Source of the DNA: a virus
Taxonomy: Duplodnaviria; Caudoviricetes
DNA: 51,552 nt
Virus record (IMG/VR): IMGVR_UViG_3300027987_000379
Location: 1-51,552 of that record
Reading direction: 5' to 3' (one strand)
This document shows positions 35,180 through 45,585 of the stretch, in pieces. The position numbers and the translations under genes were made by a program. Below the pieces are notes generated by a model, which was not told the origin of the DNA, made no database searches, and was given only the letters and a program-made list of their open reading frames with translations. The stretch's first letter is position 1. Every line of letters starts with the position of its first letter.

Positions 35180-37383
35180 CATTTGGAGTTACACCCGAAG
35201 GATTCAGGGCAAAAGATCTTGAAATAATCATCGATGAGCTTGAGCAAGACCAGCGTAAAGAGATTAGTGCGGCGATCAATACGCAAGCGGACAGCCTGCT
35301 GGGGATTTTGAATGGTATCTTTGGCGACAAAATAGCGGAGCTGTGGGAAGTACAGGAAGATCTGTATCGCGCCAATCATCCTGACTTCGCTGAAGGGGAT
35401 GCACAGGATAATGTTGCCGCAATTACTGGCGCTGAGAGGTTGGCGGCAGCATCGAGCGAAGTGACATTGAGCTTAAACCTTGATGCGGCAACAACGGTTC
35501 CGATCAATAGTATCGTTCGTATTGGTGCAACTGGGGAGAGGTGGCTAACTTCGGCAGCTGTCACAAATGGGGGATCAGACCAAGCGACGGTTACTGTCGA
35601 TGCTACATCCGAGAATACAGGTACTATTGCTGGTAATGCATATTCGATTGATTCAATCGTAACACCAGTGTCTGGATGGTCGGCGAAAGCGGCAATCAAC
35701 AATCTAAATGTAGAGCCTTTCCCTCTAGCTGATCTGTATACGTTATTGCTTGAAGTTGATGAAGGGCAAACTCAAACTGTGGTATTCAGGTCGGCAGACT
35801 TTATATCCATCGCAGCGGCGACAGCACAGGAGGTGATTGATGCAATTGCGGCAGCGACGACAGGCATATCGGGTCTGGACGTATCTGGGTTTATTCGTAT
35901 CTTTAGTGACACTGATGGGAGCGGCAGTGCTATACGCGTGGTCGGTGGTACGGCTGCTGAGGCTCTTGGGTTTTCCCAGGATATTTTCAAGGGATTTAAT
36001 CAAAGCTCATCGGCAAAAATAATCAATGCCAATAACGAACCATATAACTTATCAGGCGGGCCGACATTAGCGGTTGCCATCGATGGTGGCACCTCTCAGG
36101 TTATTTCATTCACGAATAGCGACTTCGGAGTGCATGCAATCGGCAATATTGTTGTTGTCGCGGCGAGTGCTCTTGCTTCTGGGGTTGATACAGATACGTT
36201 TGTATTAAATGATGGGGCCAATCCGGCTGTTACATTTATTTATGATGATGATGGATCGGTAGTAGAGACAGCCACGACTAGAGCCATCAACCATAATGGG
36301 ATTGAAACTATAACGCAGATAAGAGACCTAACGATTGCCGCAATCAATAATGCGCCGACACTAGCGATTACCGCGTCTAACGGTCCAACCATCTCTGATT
36401 TAAATCTAATCAACGATGCAACAGGGGTGGCTGGCAACGTTGCAATCATAGAGACTGTTGCAAATGTTTCATTCATTGTCGCCGGAATGGCCGGAGGTGT
36501 AAACGATGATGCGGCCAATGCGACAGCAATATTGGTTGCTAAGGCCATTAATTCTCAGCTGTCTGGCGGTGTTGCTTATGAGGTGGGTGGTAAGGTTCAG
36601 ATTGAGTCTCTTACGGTTGGCCTGAATAGTAGGATAGAAGTAACCGGAGGGACGTCGAATGGTGCACTTGGTTATACTCTCAACGACGAGAAGGGTGGAT
36701 CTACCGGTGACGCGACGGAAGGTAGAGAAGTAGAATCATCCTCTGCTTTTCGTTTGCGCCGAAATCTATTGTTGCAACTAGCCGGATCTGGAACTGTTCC
36801 AGCGGTTAGGTCTGCCGTCCTAAAAGTGGATAATGTTTCCCAGGTTTTTGTCTTTGAGAACTATACCGATATTACTAGTTCAGACGGTCTCCCACCGCAT
36901 TCAATCGAAGTGGTAGCAGAGGGCGGTGACGATACGGAGATTGCTCAGGCCATATCAACAAACAAGCCTGCCGGCACACAGACATATAAGGTTCCTGGGC
37001 CAAATGGGGTAACCGTCTCATTGGTTGATTCTCAGGGTGTATCGAACGACATCAAGTTCAGCAGGCCGAACAAAATAGAGATGCACGTTATTGTCGATGT
37101 AACCGTCAACGCATCCCTGTTTGGCAGTGGCAGCCAATCGGCAGGCGAGCAGGAAGTTCGAGACGCAATCGAAGAGACAGGAGGGAACCTGGAGATTGGT
37201 CAGGATGTTGTCGTATTGGTATTTAGATGTGCGCCGCTATCCGTTGCCGGCGTTCTTGATGTTACCTCGATTCTTATCGAAGACGTAGATCCCCCAACAA
37301 ATAGCAGCAATATTGCAATCGCAGGCAGGGAGCTCGCGACCTTCTCAACCGCAAACATTGATGTAAACGTCACATTCGTCTGA
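35176..37383 (+). CDS. Baseplate J-like wedge protein with large inserted domains
   Basis: FGVTPEGF, AEG..QD, G.E.ES...R.R, ENYTD..GLPPHS, KPAG. Confidence 0.88.
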   Translation: MTFGVTPEGFRAKDLEIIIDELEQDQRKEISAAINTQADSLLGILNGIFGDKIAELWEVQEDLYRANHPDFAEGDAQDNVAAITGAERLAAASSEVTLSLNLDAATTVPINSIVRIGATGERWLTSAAVTNGGSDQATVTVDATSENTGTIAGNAYSIDSIVTPVSGWSAKAAINNLNVEPFPLADLYTLLLEVDEGQTQTVVFRSADFISIAAATAQEVIDAIAAATTGISGLDVSGFIRIFSDTDGSGSAIRVVGGTAAEALGFSQDIFKGFNQSSSAKIINANNEPYNLSGGPTLAVAIDGGTSQVISFTNSDFGVHAIGNIVVVAASALASGVDTDTFVLNDGANPAVTFIYDDDGSVVETATTRAINHNGIETITQIRDLTIAAINNAPTLAITASNGPTISDLNLINDATGVAGNVAIIETVANVSFIVAGMAGGVNDDAANATAILVAKAINSQLSGGVAYEVGGKVQIESLTVGLNSRIEVTGGTSNGALGYTLNDEKGGSTGDATEGREVESSSAFRLRRNLLLQLAGSGTVPAVRSAVLKVDNVSQVFVFENYTDITSSDGLPPHSIEVVAEGGDDTEIAQAISTNKPAGTQTYKVPGPNGVTVSLVDSQGVSNDIKFSRPNKIEMHVIVDVTVNASLFGSGSQSAGEQEVRDAIEETGGNLEIGQDVVVLVFRCAPLSVAGVLDVTSILIEDVDPPTNSSNIAIAGRELATFSTANIDVNVTFV

Positions 37384-37952
37384 TGCCCTATACATACAAA
37401 TCAAATCATGTAGAAGAGGGCCTATCGAGGCTCATTAGCCAGTTTCGAGATAAAAAGAACATCACTAAGCTAGTGACGACATATCTGAGGAAAATTCAAG
37501 AACTCGAAGATGTCGCCGCTGATATGCATTTGAAGATTTATAGTATTGATAATGCTGAGAATGCACAACTCGATATGATTGGTGTATTAGTTGGTGAGCC
37601 GAGGGCAGGGCGAACGGATGTGGCCTATCGGGATGCGCTTAAGATACGCATTAAGCTAAACTCCTCAAACGGAACCAGGGAGGAGCTTATCGACCTCGCT
37701 GTATCGGTGGCTGGAACCCCTATTACGGTAACCATGGTAGAATCCCAGCCGGCGACATTCGAAATGTTTATTGACGGTGATATTGATCCATTGCTGGTTG
37801 ATACCAACAAGATGTCTTACTACATATCTCAAGGGCGCGGCGGTGGTATCAAGGGGCTGTTAACCTTCCATGTTGCCGGGTCTTTCCAGTATGATGGGAG
37901 TGGCTCTGTTGGATATGACGACGGCAAGTATGGAACAACTCTTAGTTCTTAG
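37383..37952 (+). CDS. DUF2612-like baseplate wedge protein
   Basis: LISQF, AQLDMIG.LVG..R..D..YR..L..I..N.S.GT. Confidence 0.85.
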   Translation: MPYTYKSNHVEEGLSRLISQFRDKKNITKLVTTYLRKIQELEDVAADMHLKIYSIDNAENAQLDMIGVLVGEPRAGRTDVAYRDALKIRIKLNSSNGTREELIDLAVSVAGTPITVTMVESQPATFEMFIDGDIDPLLVDTNKMSYYISQGRGGGIKGLLTFHVAGSFQYDGSGSVGYDDGKYGTTLSS

Positions 37953-37959
37953 GTGAATT

Positions 37960-39099
37960 ATGGCTAGCTTTTCAAAACCAGCAGATATTCCAAGATGGGC
38001 AGATACGGGAACAAAAACTGAGCCATCCGAAGCTCAGAAGGATTCTGGATGGACATTTCAGCAAATCCCATCGTCCGCACAGGAGAACTGGAAGGAGAAC
38101 CTTACCGGGGAATGGATTAAATGGTTAGACGAGCGTCTTGATGATGGCGGCACTGCGGATGTTTTTGTATTGAGCAACCCTGCTGCGGCGAACGACCTGA
38201 TTTCCTTTTCTAGGACTGCCGATGTCATCACCATGAGCTTCTCCGGTACCAATAACTTGGTATTCGATATTACTGCGGCATCTGAGTTTTTTGATATTCG
38301 AGTGGCGAGCGCGACACCATCTAGTCGCCACAGAGTCGATAGGGTTAATGTGTCAGGTGGATTAGTTGTAGGTAATGCCGACACTGCAGATCTTGGTACG
38401 GGTATTATTCTCGCTACTGTCGGATTAAACATGAACGGGACCACAGTACCAGAGTCTGGCGCGGGAATATTCACTGGGAGCATTGCTGTCGGGACCGATG
38501 CAAATGATCCAAATGCTGATACCGGCATCATCATCAATGATTCTAACTTTAGGCTGAGCGGAGCGAACGGATCTGATGTACGATTCTTGTTTGATAGCAA
38601 TGACAGTATGTTCTATCGAAGGGGAACGAACCGATGGGAGTTTCAGGTAGGCGGTGTTCAGCAATGGTTTATTGATAGTACCGCCATATGGCCAGCCTCT
38701 GCCGGCGCAAGGGACCTAGGTACAGATACGCTATACATGCAAACCATCCATGCAGAGAGGATAGAGCCGCATGGCATAGTTCAAGATCCAGTAAACACGC
38801 GTTTTGAACTTGGCCTAGTAAATATTCCTACGGCAGTTGTAAGGTTTGGATCAACCGGGACGATATTGGGGAACAGTTGGAATATTGCAACTGTAACCAA
38901 TCCTGCAACTGGTACGTATTCAGTAACATTTACCGAAGCGGTCGGGAGTAACCCGGCTATTATTGCTACGCCTAACAATGGTGTAGGTGTTGTTAGACGT
39001 GCGGCCGCAACTACAAATGGTTCCGCAATTGAAGTTTACATCAACGATGATACCGGAACAGCGCAAGCGTCAACAGCATCGTTGGTAGTATACGGATAA
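37960..39099 (+). CDS. Tail fibre protein (baseplate-anchored)
   Basis: KP..IPRWA..EPS...GW..P...NW N-terminus; C-terminal TGTYSVTF H-lectin-like domain. Confidence 0.8.
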   Translation: MASFSKPADIPRWADTGTKTEPSEAQKDSGWTFQQIPSSAQENWKENLTGEWIKWLDERLDDGGTADVFVLSNPAAANDLISFSRTADVITMSFSGTNNLVFDITAASEFFDIRVASATPSSRHRVDRVNVSGGLVVGNADTADLGTGIILATVGLNMNGTTVPESGAGIFTGSIAVGTDANDPNADTGIIINDSNFRLSGANGSDVRFLFDSNDSMFYRRGTNRWEFQVGGVQQWFIDSTAIWPASAGARDLGTDTLYMQTIHAERIEPHGIVQDPVNTRFELGLVNIPTAVVRFGSTGTILGNSWNIATVTNPATGTYSVTFTEAVGSNPAIIATPNNGVGVVRRAAATTNGSAIEVYINDDTGTAQASTASLVVYG

Positions 39100-39112
39100 A
39101 ATAGGGGGGGCG

Positions 39113-39445
39113 ATGTCGAATATCCTGATGATTAGAACAACGAGTGGAAAATACCTCACTCATCAAAGGGCTGATGATAATTATACCGATGCGAACGAAA
39201 TAGCAGCTAAATGCATTGAAATTCATTATCCAGGTGAAAAGATGGATACGTTCGCCATATGCGGCGCGCTCGCTCTGCATGAAGCAGTAGAAGAGGGGAA
39301 AAAATTTGTTCCTGGGATGACGTCCGGGGCGGGTGATTTTTCAATCAAGACAAAACGCCAGATTACAACACAGACAATCATTCCACCATTCGGTGTTGGC
39401 ATTTCAGCAATCTCAAGCGACGAGAATGTTGTTTGCTATCTTTAA
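39113..39445 (+). CDS. Hypothetical protein
   Basis: RBS, operon position. Confidence 0.6.
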   Translation: MSNILMIRTTSGKYLTHQRADDNYTDANEIAAKCIEIHYPGEKMDTFAICGALALHEAVEEGKKFVPGMTSGAGDFSIKTKRQITTQTIIPPFGVGISAISSDENVVCYL

Positions 39446-39468
39446 TAAAAGAGAGGGGATTCTTTTAG

Positions 39469-39738
39469 GTGCCTACTCATAAGATTCAGGCCGTAGAAAA
39501 AGATATCGATTCATTGATTGCAGATATGGTGTCTGGCAATGCTAGCCCAAAGAGCGAGTTGATTAGCTATTTCGTCGAGCAAATCAGATTACTGCTAAAG
39601 GAAGGGCAGGATGCTCAATCTGAATATGACAAAGTGCTCAAAAGAAAATCAGAGATTGAGCGAAGAGCGATAGAAATCCGTGCATCACTCAAAAAGTATC
39701 GTGATGATATTAACCATCATTCTGATGACATCGAATAA
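39469..39738 (+). CDS. Coiled-coil hypothetical protein
   Basis: Heptad pattern; TAATG overlap. Confidence 0.6.
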   Translation: MPTHKIQAVEKDIDSLIADMVSGNASPKSELISYFVEQIRLLLKEGQDAQSEYDKVLKRKSEIERRAIEIRASLKKYRDDINHHSDDIE

Positions 39739-40049
39739 TGTCTACTATACCAAAATTCCCAGTATGCTTTGTTGCGAATGACCAGTTACCAAATATGGTT
39801 GCGACTTTGGTCAACGTGGATTTGACTGGGTATACGATTACGCTGCATATGCGTCGTGCAGATGGAACCGTTTTGATTAAGGCCGCTACTGCTATTGATC
39901 TACTGCAGGGTCATTTTGCATTTGAGTGGTCAGCGGGAGATTTGCAGGCTGGCATTAATCAGGAGACGGAGATCCAATTTGTCGAGCCTGGGGGGAAGCC
40001 GCTAACCAGTTCACTGTTTTTGGTCGATGTTCGAGATGAGGTTGCATAA
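39738..40049 (+). CDS. BppU-N-like fibre adaptor
   Basis: DLTGYTITLHMR..G..FEW..GDL..E.E. Confidence 0.7.
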   Translation: MSTIPKFPVCFVANDQLPNMVATLVNVDLTGYTITLHMRRADGTVLIKAATAIDLLQGHFAFEWSAGDLQAGINQETEIQFVEPGGKPLTSSLFLVDVRDEVA

Positions 40050-40687
40050 TGGCATTTCCGTCTGGGACAGAATTAATCCTCACTGTTGAGGATACATCGC
40101 TAAATCTCACTGTTGAGCAGCAAGAATTGAGATTGACGATACCTGTCCCTGTTGATGTAAACCAGCAAACGCTTGCAGCGAATGTTGGTGGGGGTTCTGG
40201 AACATTCCGCGACAAGGTCGCCAACACGCTTAATTTTCGCAGTCTTGTTGGAAACTCCCCCATTACTGTCCAGCAGGTTGGCGACACAGTTGAGATTAGT
40301 ACGAGTGTTGGTTCGAGCCAGGTAACTATCGACACAGTTGACCCAACAGTCACAGACGACTCAAATGCTGGTTTTTCTGTTGGTAACTTTTGGATAAATA
40401 CTACGAATGACACAGGTTTTTTACTTGTTGATGCAACAATAGGGGCTGCGGTCTGGACGCCATTCGTGGGTCAAGTTTGGGAGGAGGATGAGTTTACGGC
40501 AACTGCCGGGCAGATAACTTTTATCCTGAGCAACGCTCCTAGCGACCCGGAATCTTTTGCGCTCTATGTCAACGGTGTTCTGATTAATGATGTTGTAAAC
40601 TACACACGTTCCGGCGTGACGGTGACATGGCTGAATATTTTATTCACCATGGGGGATGGGGATGAAGTCATCGCAAGATACAGATAG
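40049..40687 (+). CDS. Tail fibre-associated structural protein
   Basis: LNFRSL, PTVTDDS..G..W.N, C-terminal FTATAGQ..LYVNGV..Y..SG domain. Confidence 0.75.
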   Translation: MAFPSGTELILTVEDTSLNLTVEQQELRLTIPVPVDVNQQTLAANVGGGSGTFRDKVANTLNFRSLVGNSPITVQQVGDTVEISTSVGSSQVTIDTVDPTVTDDSNAGFSVGNFWINTTNDTGFLLVDATIGAAVWTPFVGQVWEEDEFTATAGQITFILSNAPSDPESFALYVNGVLINDVVNYTRSGVTVTWLNILFTMGDGDEVIARYR

Positions 40688-40699
40688 GGAGCTTTAGAA

Positions 40700-42061
40700 A
40701 TGGCAAGGATTAGAGGGAAGCAGCTAGCAGATAACACAATTACTTCTACGCAAGTAGATGTCACCAACGGGGCAATATCGACTATCAATGCTGGTGATGC
40801 TGCCGTTGAGGGAAGTGGGACAGGCCTCTCGAAGCGTGACCATCAGCATGCGGTGGCAACAGGTGCTGCAACTGTCCAGATTGACATTGGTGATTCTGCG
40901 GCAGAAGGGGTAAGTTCGAATCTGGCTCGCGAAGATCATCAGCATGCGCTTCCCGCGCCTGCGGCTCCTGCCGATGTCACAAAGGCTGCCGCATCTGCGG
41001 GTGCTGCAACAACTGTAGCAAGGGCCGACCACAAGCATGATGTATCAACGGCATCAGCAATCGAGCTAACGGATTCGACAAATTCTGAAGGCACGGCAAC
41101 ATCCTTAGCCAGGTCTGATCACACTCATGCCCACGGCAATAGAGGTGGTGGTTCTCTCCATGCTGCTGCAACGACATCTGTCGCCGGATTTATGTCGGCT
41201 GCAGATAAAACAAAGCTTGATACGCTTGTAGATCCGAATCTAAGAGACCCAAAAGACTCAATTCGCCTGCTGGCTACAGGGAATGTAACGCTATCCGGTA
41301 ATCAGACTGTTGACGGGGGGACAACTTCCCCTGGGGATCGTATCGGCTGTTTTCTCCAGACAACAACGACTGAGGACGGTATCTATATTGCTGCCGCAGG
41401 GGCATGGACGCGGGCACCAGACTTCCAAAATGGCAGCAATCAGGCTGGTGCTGTCATTCCGGTTGAGGAAGGTACATCGAATGCAGATACTCTTTGGCTG
41501 CTTACCAATAATGCTGGGTCTGACGTTGTTGGAACCAACGATCTAACGCTATTGCAAATTGGCTCTGGGTCTCCTCGTGGCGCTGGTGCTGGTCTCATTC
41601 TTAACGGGAACGATCTAGACGTCGTTGCGGCGAATGCATCAATCACTGTAAATGCTAACGACATCACTGTTGGTGTACTGCAGAACGATACGATGCATGG
41701 AAACCTTGGTGGTGGTGGGATCCATGCGGCTGCTACCACTTCTGTCAATGGGTTCATGTCCTCGACGGACAAGACAAAGCTTGACGGCATCGCAACAGGC
41801 GCGGAAGTCAATGACACCCAGCAACAAGAGGAAGTCACCACGCAGGTTATTACCGGGACAGACACTGCTCTTACCGATACTCTTAACAATACCCCAGTAA
41901 GCAATGCTAGCGTCCGCCTCTTTCTGAACGGTGTCTTTCAAAAGCAGGGGGCCGGAGAAGATTATACGATATCTGGAACGACTATTACCTGGTTAGCCTC
42001 TACAGGGACTGCGGTTGATATGGATACAACCGATGAACTCTTTGCGGCGTATGATAGCTAA
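40700..42061 (+). CDS. Tail fibre protein with RxDHxH repeats
   Basis: Four RxDHxH repeats, two GFMS..DKTKLD units, DGIY..GAWTRA domain. Confidence 0.85.
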   Translation: MARIRGKQLADNTITSTQVDVTNGAISTINAGDAAVEGSGTGLSKRDHQHAVATGAATVQIDIGDSAAEGVSSNLAREDHQHALPAPAAPADVTKAAASAGAATTVARADHKHDVSTASAIELTDSTNSEGTATSLARSDHTHAHGNRGGGSLHAAATTSVAGFMSAADKTKLDTLVDPNLRDPKDSIRLLATGNVTLSGNQTVDGGTTSPGDRIGCFLQTTTTEDGIYIAAAGAWTRAPDFQNGSNQAGAVIPVEEGTSNADTLWLLTNNAGSDVVGTNDLTLLQIGSGSPRGAGAGLILNGNDLDVVAANASITVNANDITVGVLQNDTMHGNLGGGGIHAAATTSVNGFMSSTDKTKLDGIATGAEVNDTQQQEEVTTQVITGTDTALTDTLNNTPVSNASVRLFLNGVFQKQGAGEDYTISGTTITWLASTGTAVDMDTTDELFAAYDS

Positions 42062-42564
42062 TGTCTTTGGTACGTTTAAAGCAGTTTGCGCAAGATGGCG
42101 CAACCGATGGCCAGTGCATGGTTTGGAACAATTCTTCTGGACTATGGGTACCAGCGACACGTCTGGCCAACATTGTCGAAGATACAACCCCCCAGCTTGG
42201 GGGGACTCTCGACTGTCAAAGCAATGAGATTGATAACGTCGAAGTCATCACTTATGAAGCTGAACACAGCAATGGAAATAGCGGCGCATCGTTTACTGTG
42301 AACTGGAACAACGGCCAGCACCAAAGCATAACGTTGACGGCAAACTGTACGTTCACGTTCACAGCTCCAGCTGGGCCAGGAAGCTTTATTCTTAAGGTGC
42401 TTCAAGATGCAACTGGTAGTAGGACTGCGACATGGCCTGCTACTGTTGAATGGTCTGGCGGTGCATCGCCGACGTTAACAACGACGGCTAGTGCAAAGGA
42501 CCTAATCGCATTCTACTATGATGGCACCAATTATCATGGACAGTTCTCGGGAGATTATAGTTAA
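42061..42564 (+). CDS. Tail fibre/adaptor protein
   Basis: DTTPQLGG.LD, QDATGSRT.TWP..W.GG..P.LT. Confidence 0.75.
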   Translation: MSLVRLKQFAQDGATDGQCMVWNNSSGLWVPATRLANIVEDTTPQLGGTLDCQSNEIDNVEVITYEAEHSNGNSGASFTVNWNNGQHQSITLTANCTFTFTAPAGPGSFILKVLQDATGSRTATWPATVEWSGGASPTLTTTASAKDLIAFYYDGTNYHGQFSGDYS

Positions 42565-42594
42565 TTTTGGGACAGGGCAGATAGGGGGTCAAAA

Positions 42595-43059
42595 ATGGCA
42601 AATGAGATTTTTATAGTTTATGTGAACGATGATAAGACATTGGACCCAGTCAGGATATCCGCGAGCAATTGCGCCATTCTTCAAGATACTCGACCCATCA
42701 TTATGGGTAAATTCAGACGCCCAAATCCAAGCGGGCCAGGATGGTTTCAGGATGAATTCTCTGGATGGCCGGTATTCGCAGTAAAGCGTTACCTTCCAAA
42801 AGGGCAATTGCCTGGAGGTCACACTATCACCAGGGCACGGGAGCGTGATGGTGCACAGCCTCCCGAGGCTAGAGAAATCCATTTTGATGATAATGGAGCA
42901 AACGGTAGACATGTGATATGGCCGGAAACGATTCCTCAGGCTGCAGTCGGTGGTGCTATAGCAGTATTGAGAGGATATGATTTCAATGAACCAGATTGGC
43001 AATCGCTGCTTGATCAGGCAAGGGCTATGGACCCGGATGACACTCCGCTTACCGAATGA
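42595..43059 (+). CDS. Hypothetical protein in fibre module
   Basis: RBS AGGGGG; 154 aa. Confidence 0.65.
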   Translation: MANEIFIVYVNDDKTLDPVRISASNCAILQDTRPIIMGKFRRPNPSGPGWFQDEFSGWPVFAVKRYLPKGQLPGGHTITRARERDGAQPPEAREIHFDDNGANGRHVIWPETIPQAAVGGAIAVLRGYDFNEPDWQSLLDQARAMDPDDTPLTE

Positions 43060-43063
43060 TTAA

Positions 43064-44230
43064 ATGAAAGTTCTCGTGCAGTGGTCGCAGGGAACCCCTG
43101 CAGACTGGGATGTTATTGATTCTTCCGCCTGGATGTTTTTGCCTACAAAGGCAAGGCCGCTCAACGGTGATCGGCGACTGATCGATGACGTCTCGGGGTG
43201 GATAACATCTGTTAACGTGCAAGGCAATATCTTCTCTGGGGATGTTATCGCGATAGAAGACATGCCCCACGGCGGTGTACGGGTCACTCAGCTTAATGAT
43301 GACCCATCGGATTGGAGCGGTTTCAGATATGCGCGCGTTTGGGATATCCCGCCCATTGGCCATGATCCGAATATGGGCAATGCAATCAACACGCTATGGA
43401 GGCAAACTGTCTATGCAGACTCGACAGCATTGAAGCGTATCGCAGGAATACCGTGCTGCAGGACCGAATATCATCCCTGGGATAAATTTGTCCCTCCGCC
43501 TGCAGCAACACAAAAATTCGGTGTTTGGTTAAGCGACGCGCTATATAATGATCATCTCTCATCAAGGTCGAGTTGCGGATGGAGGACGTGGTGCGAACAT
43601 CTTCCCACCGAAGAAGTGAGAAATGGCCGGCTAAAATCGCAAAGGGCAAGAGGGCGATATATTCCACCAAAGGGTACCTTGACATGGTATCATAACAACA
43701 CAGCACGAACACTTGGTGGTATCTCTGCAAACGTAGAACATACTGCCGCCACTACGCCAGGGGGTGCTGCAACTTCAAATAGCGGAAACATAGGCACTGG
43801 CGGGATTGATGCATATGCGGCTCAGACGCTAAATATAATCGGTCTATCACAATGGCCAACCGGTAATTATAGACATCAGATAGACGTCACGACAACAACC
43901 GCAGATTTGGTTTGTGGGTTGCTCACTCTCGGCTCCGGTTCTGGCGGTTTCGTTAGAGCACAATCGGATGGTACCTCGCTGGAAAAGAAGCAACAGCAAG
44001 AGAGCTCGTTTGCCGGTACTGGTCTGCACTTGGCCACCAGTGGTAGCGTCTCATGGTCATCAGGTGCAACAACTAATTATTACCAAGTTCTCATTGCTGG
44101 ACAGAAAACCGCTGGGCATGGAAATGACACAATGGATTTGCAGGTAGGGGAAAGCGATGATTTTCTTGATGGCCCCTTCCCTTCTGGGGCTGCTCCTGAT
44201 GTAACTCTTTTCTTTGGAAAAAATCATTAA
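43064..44230 (+). CDS. Hypothetical virion-associated protein
   Basis: 388 aa; Trp-rich N-half, G/S/T-rich beta C-half. Confidence 0.65.
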   Translation: MKVLVQWSQGTPADWDVIDSSAWMFLPTKARPLNGDRRLIDDVSGWITSVNVQGNIFSGDVIAIEDMPHGGVRVTQLNDDPSDWSGFRYARVWDIPPIGHDPNMGNAINTLWRQTVYADSTALKRIAGIPCCRTEYHPWDKFVPPPAATQKFGVWLSDALYNDHLSSRSSCGWRTWCEHLPTEEVRNGRLKSQRARGRYIPPKGTLTWYHNNTARTLGGISANVEHTAATTPGGAATSNSGNIGTGGIDAYAAQTLNIIGLSQWPTGNYRHQIDVTTTTADLVCGLLTLGSGSGGFVRAQSDGTSLEKKQQQESSFAGTGLHLATSGSVSWSSGATTNYYQVLIAGQKTAGHGNDTMDLQVGESDDFLDGPFPSGAAPDVTLFFGKNH

Positions 44231-44242
44231 AGAGGTAGACCA

Positions 44243-44566
44243 ATGGCAAAACCCAGAGCGGTACTAAATTTCGTTGAAAACAATCTGCTTCCAAACATTT
44301 CCGTGGAATGGAAAGATCAGGACATCACCGGATATACGATACTGCTTCATGTCCGAAAACCAAACGGATTAAAATTCACCAAGACCGCTGTCATCGACGA
44401 TGCCAATACAGGCAATGTATCTGGAATCGCAATGTTCCATTTTGAATGGTCAGCGGGTGACTTGGTCGCCGGCAAAAGCGATGCTGAGATCGAAGTCTTC
44501 GACGTATCATCGAAAAACGAAACATTCAAGGGGTTAATACTCGATGTCGATGAGGCCTTAGCATGA
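44243..44566 (+). CDS. Second BppU-N-like adaptor (paralog of 39738)
   Basis: Shares FV.N..LPN, D.TGYTI.LH.R and FEWSAGDL.AG. Confidence 0.75.
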   Translation: MAKPRAVLNFVENNLLPNISVEWKDQDITGYTILLHVRKPNGLKFTKTAVIDDANTGNVSGIAMFHFEWSAGDLVAGKSDAEIEVFDVSSKNETFKGLILDVDEALA

Positions 44567-45579
44567 CAAAGCTGTTACTGAAAACTGTTCGAGAAGTAAG
44601 CATTGGAGGATCTTTTTCCAATTCGTTCGTATTTCAGCCTGGTGGCAGCGGTAATGGTCCATCAGTATTTTCGGACTGGGGTGATCTGATCAACGCTCTG
44701 ACGGCAGCCAGAGTTGCGAGCGGAGGAAATGGTTTTTTTATTATTCAATTTGACGATTCCGTCGTCACACCATGCGTCATCCCTCCCGGCAATTACGATA
44801 TGATTAATGTTACATGGCAGGGTATCCCCCGCGATGGAGGATTATTTGCGGAAGTTTCAGTCCCAGAAGGTGTTACCTTTACAAGATTAAGGCGGCTTTC
44901 CGGACTCCTGTCTGTTACATTCACAGGAGTAACTCCACCTGTAAGTGATTTTGGACTTTTAAATACATTTCAAATCGATGACGGTTGCTCATTATCATGC
45001 AGCGGGACAGGTACATTTATAAGCATTGCTTCTGCGGTAACTGTGTTTGTATTTGTTAACAAGTCCAGCTCTTTTCAGACAGGGTCTACCGAATGCCTCG
45101 GGCTGCCTGTCTCTGGTGCATCTGTTATTTTGTTCCCGTTTAATGATAGCGCCATCAACCAGGACACGATATCCGGCGTCGCCGGCTCATCGCTAATAAT
45201 CCCTGTTAGCGACACTGCAAGTGTATTTTCTGTTGTGCAAACAAATTTCTTTGGAACAAAGACTCCCTCTTATGATGGATTCTGGCGGATGGAACCACGT
45301 GCCGCGGTAACAGCGCCAATAGGGTCTTTGAATGTAGGGAAACTATATAAATACAACACAACAGCAGGTGCTATAATACAGCCGCTCCCTTCTGCTGCAA
45401 CGATATTCCCTGGAGATACTATCGTTTTTAAAAAGGTTGCGGGTGCTAATACGCTGACGATATCCCCAGATGGGACTGATACTATCGACGGTGCATCTTC
45501 GCTTATCCTGTCTGGAACCACCGAAAGTGCTATTCTCGTAAGGGGGGAGCAGGCCAGCTCAGACTGGTCTGTTTTATAG
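44563..45579 (+). CDS. Putative receptor-binding/tailspike protein A
   Basis: Beta-helix-like core; C-term LPSAAT.FPGD..FKKV..LTI.P..DTID. Confidence 0.7.
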   Translation: MTKLLLKTVREVSIGGSFSNSFVFQPGGSGNGPSVFSDWGDLINALTAARVASGGNGFFIIQFDDSVVTPCVIPPGNYDMINVTWQGIPRDGGLFAEVSVPEGVTFTRLRRLSGLLSVTFTGVTPPVSDFGLLNTFQIDDGCSLSCSGTGTFISIASAVTVFVFVNKSSSFQTGSTECLGLPVSGASVILFPFNDSAINQDTISGVAGSSLIIPVSDTASVFSVVQTNFFGTKTPSYDGFWRMEPRAAVTAPIGSLNVGKLYKYNTTAGAIIQPLPSAATIFPGDTIVFKKVAGANTLTISPDGTDTIDGASSLILSGTTESAILVRGEQASSDWSVL

Positions 45580-45585
45580 AAGACG

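Noticed and set aside
14834-42061. Diversity-generating retroelement (TR/VR) linking ORF 14834 and the fibre C-terminus
   Set aside because: Similarity is protein-level only, differences are not confined to adenines, and no reverse transcriptase ORF is visible.
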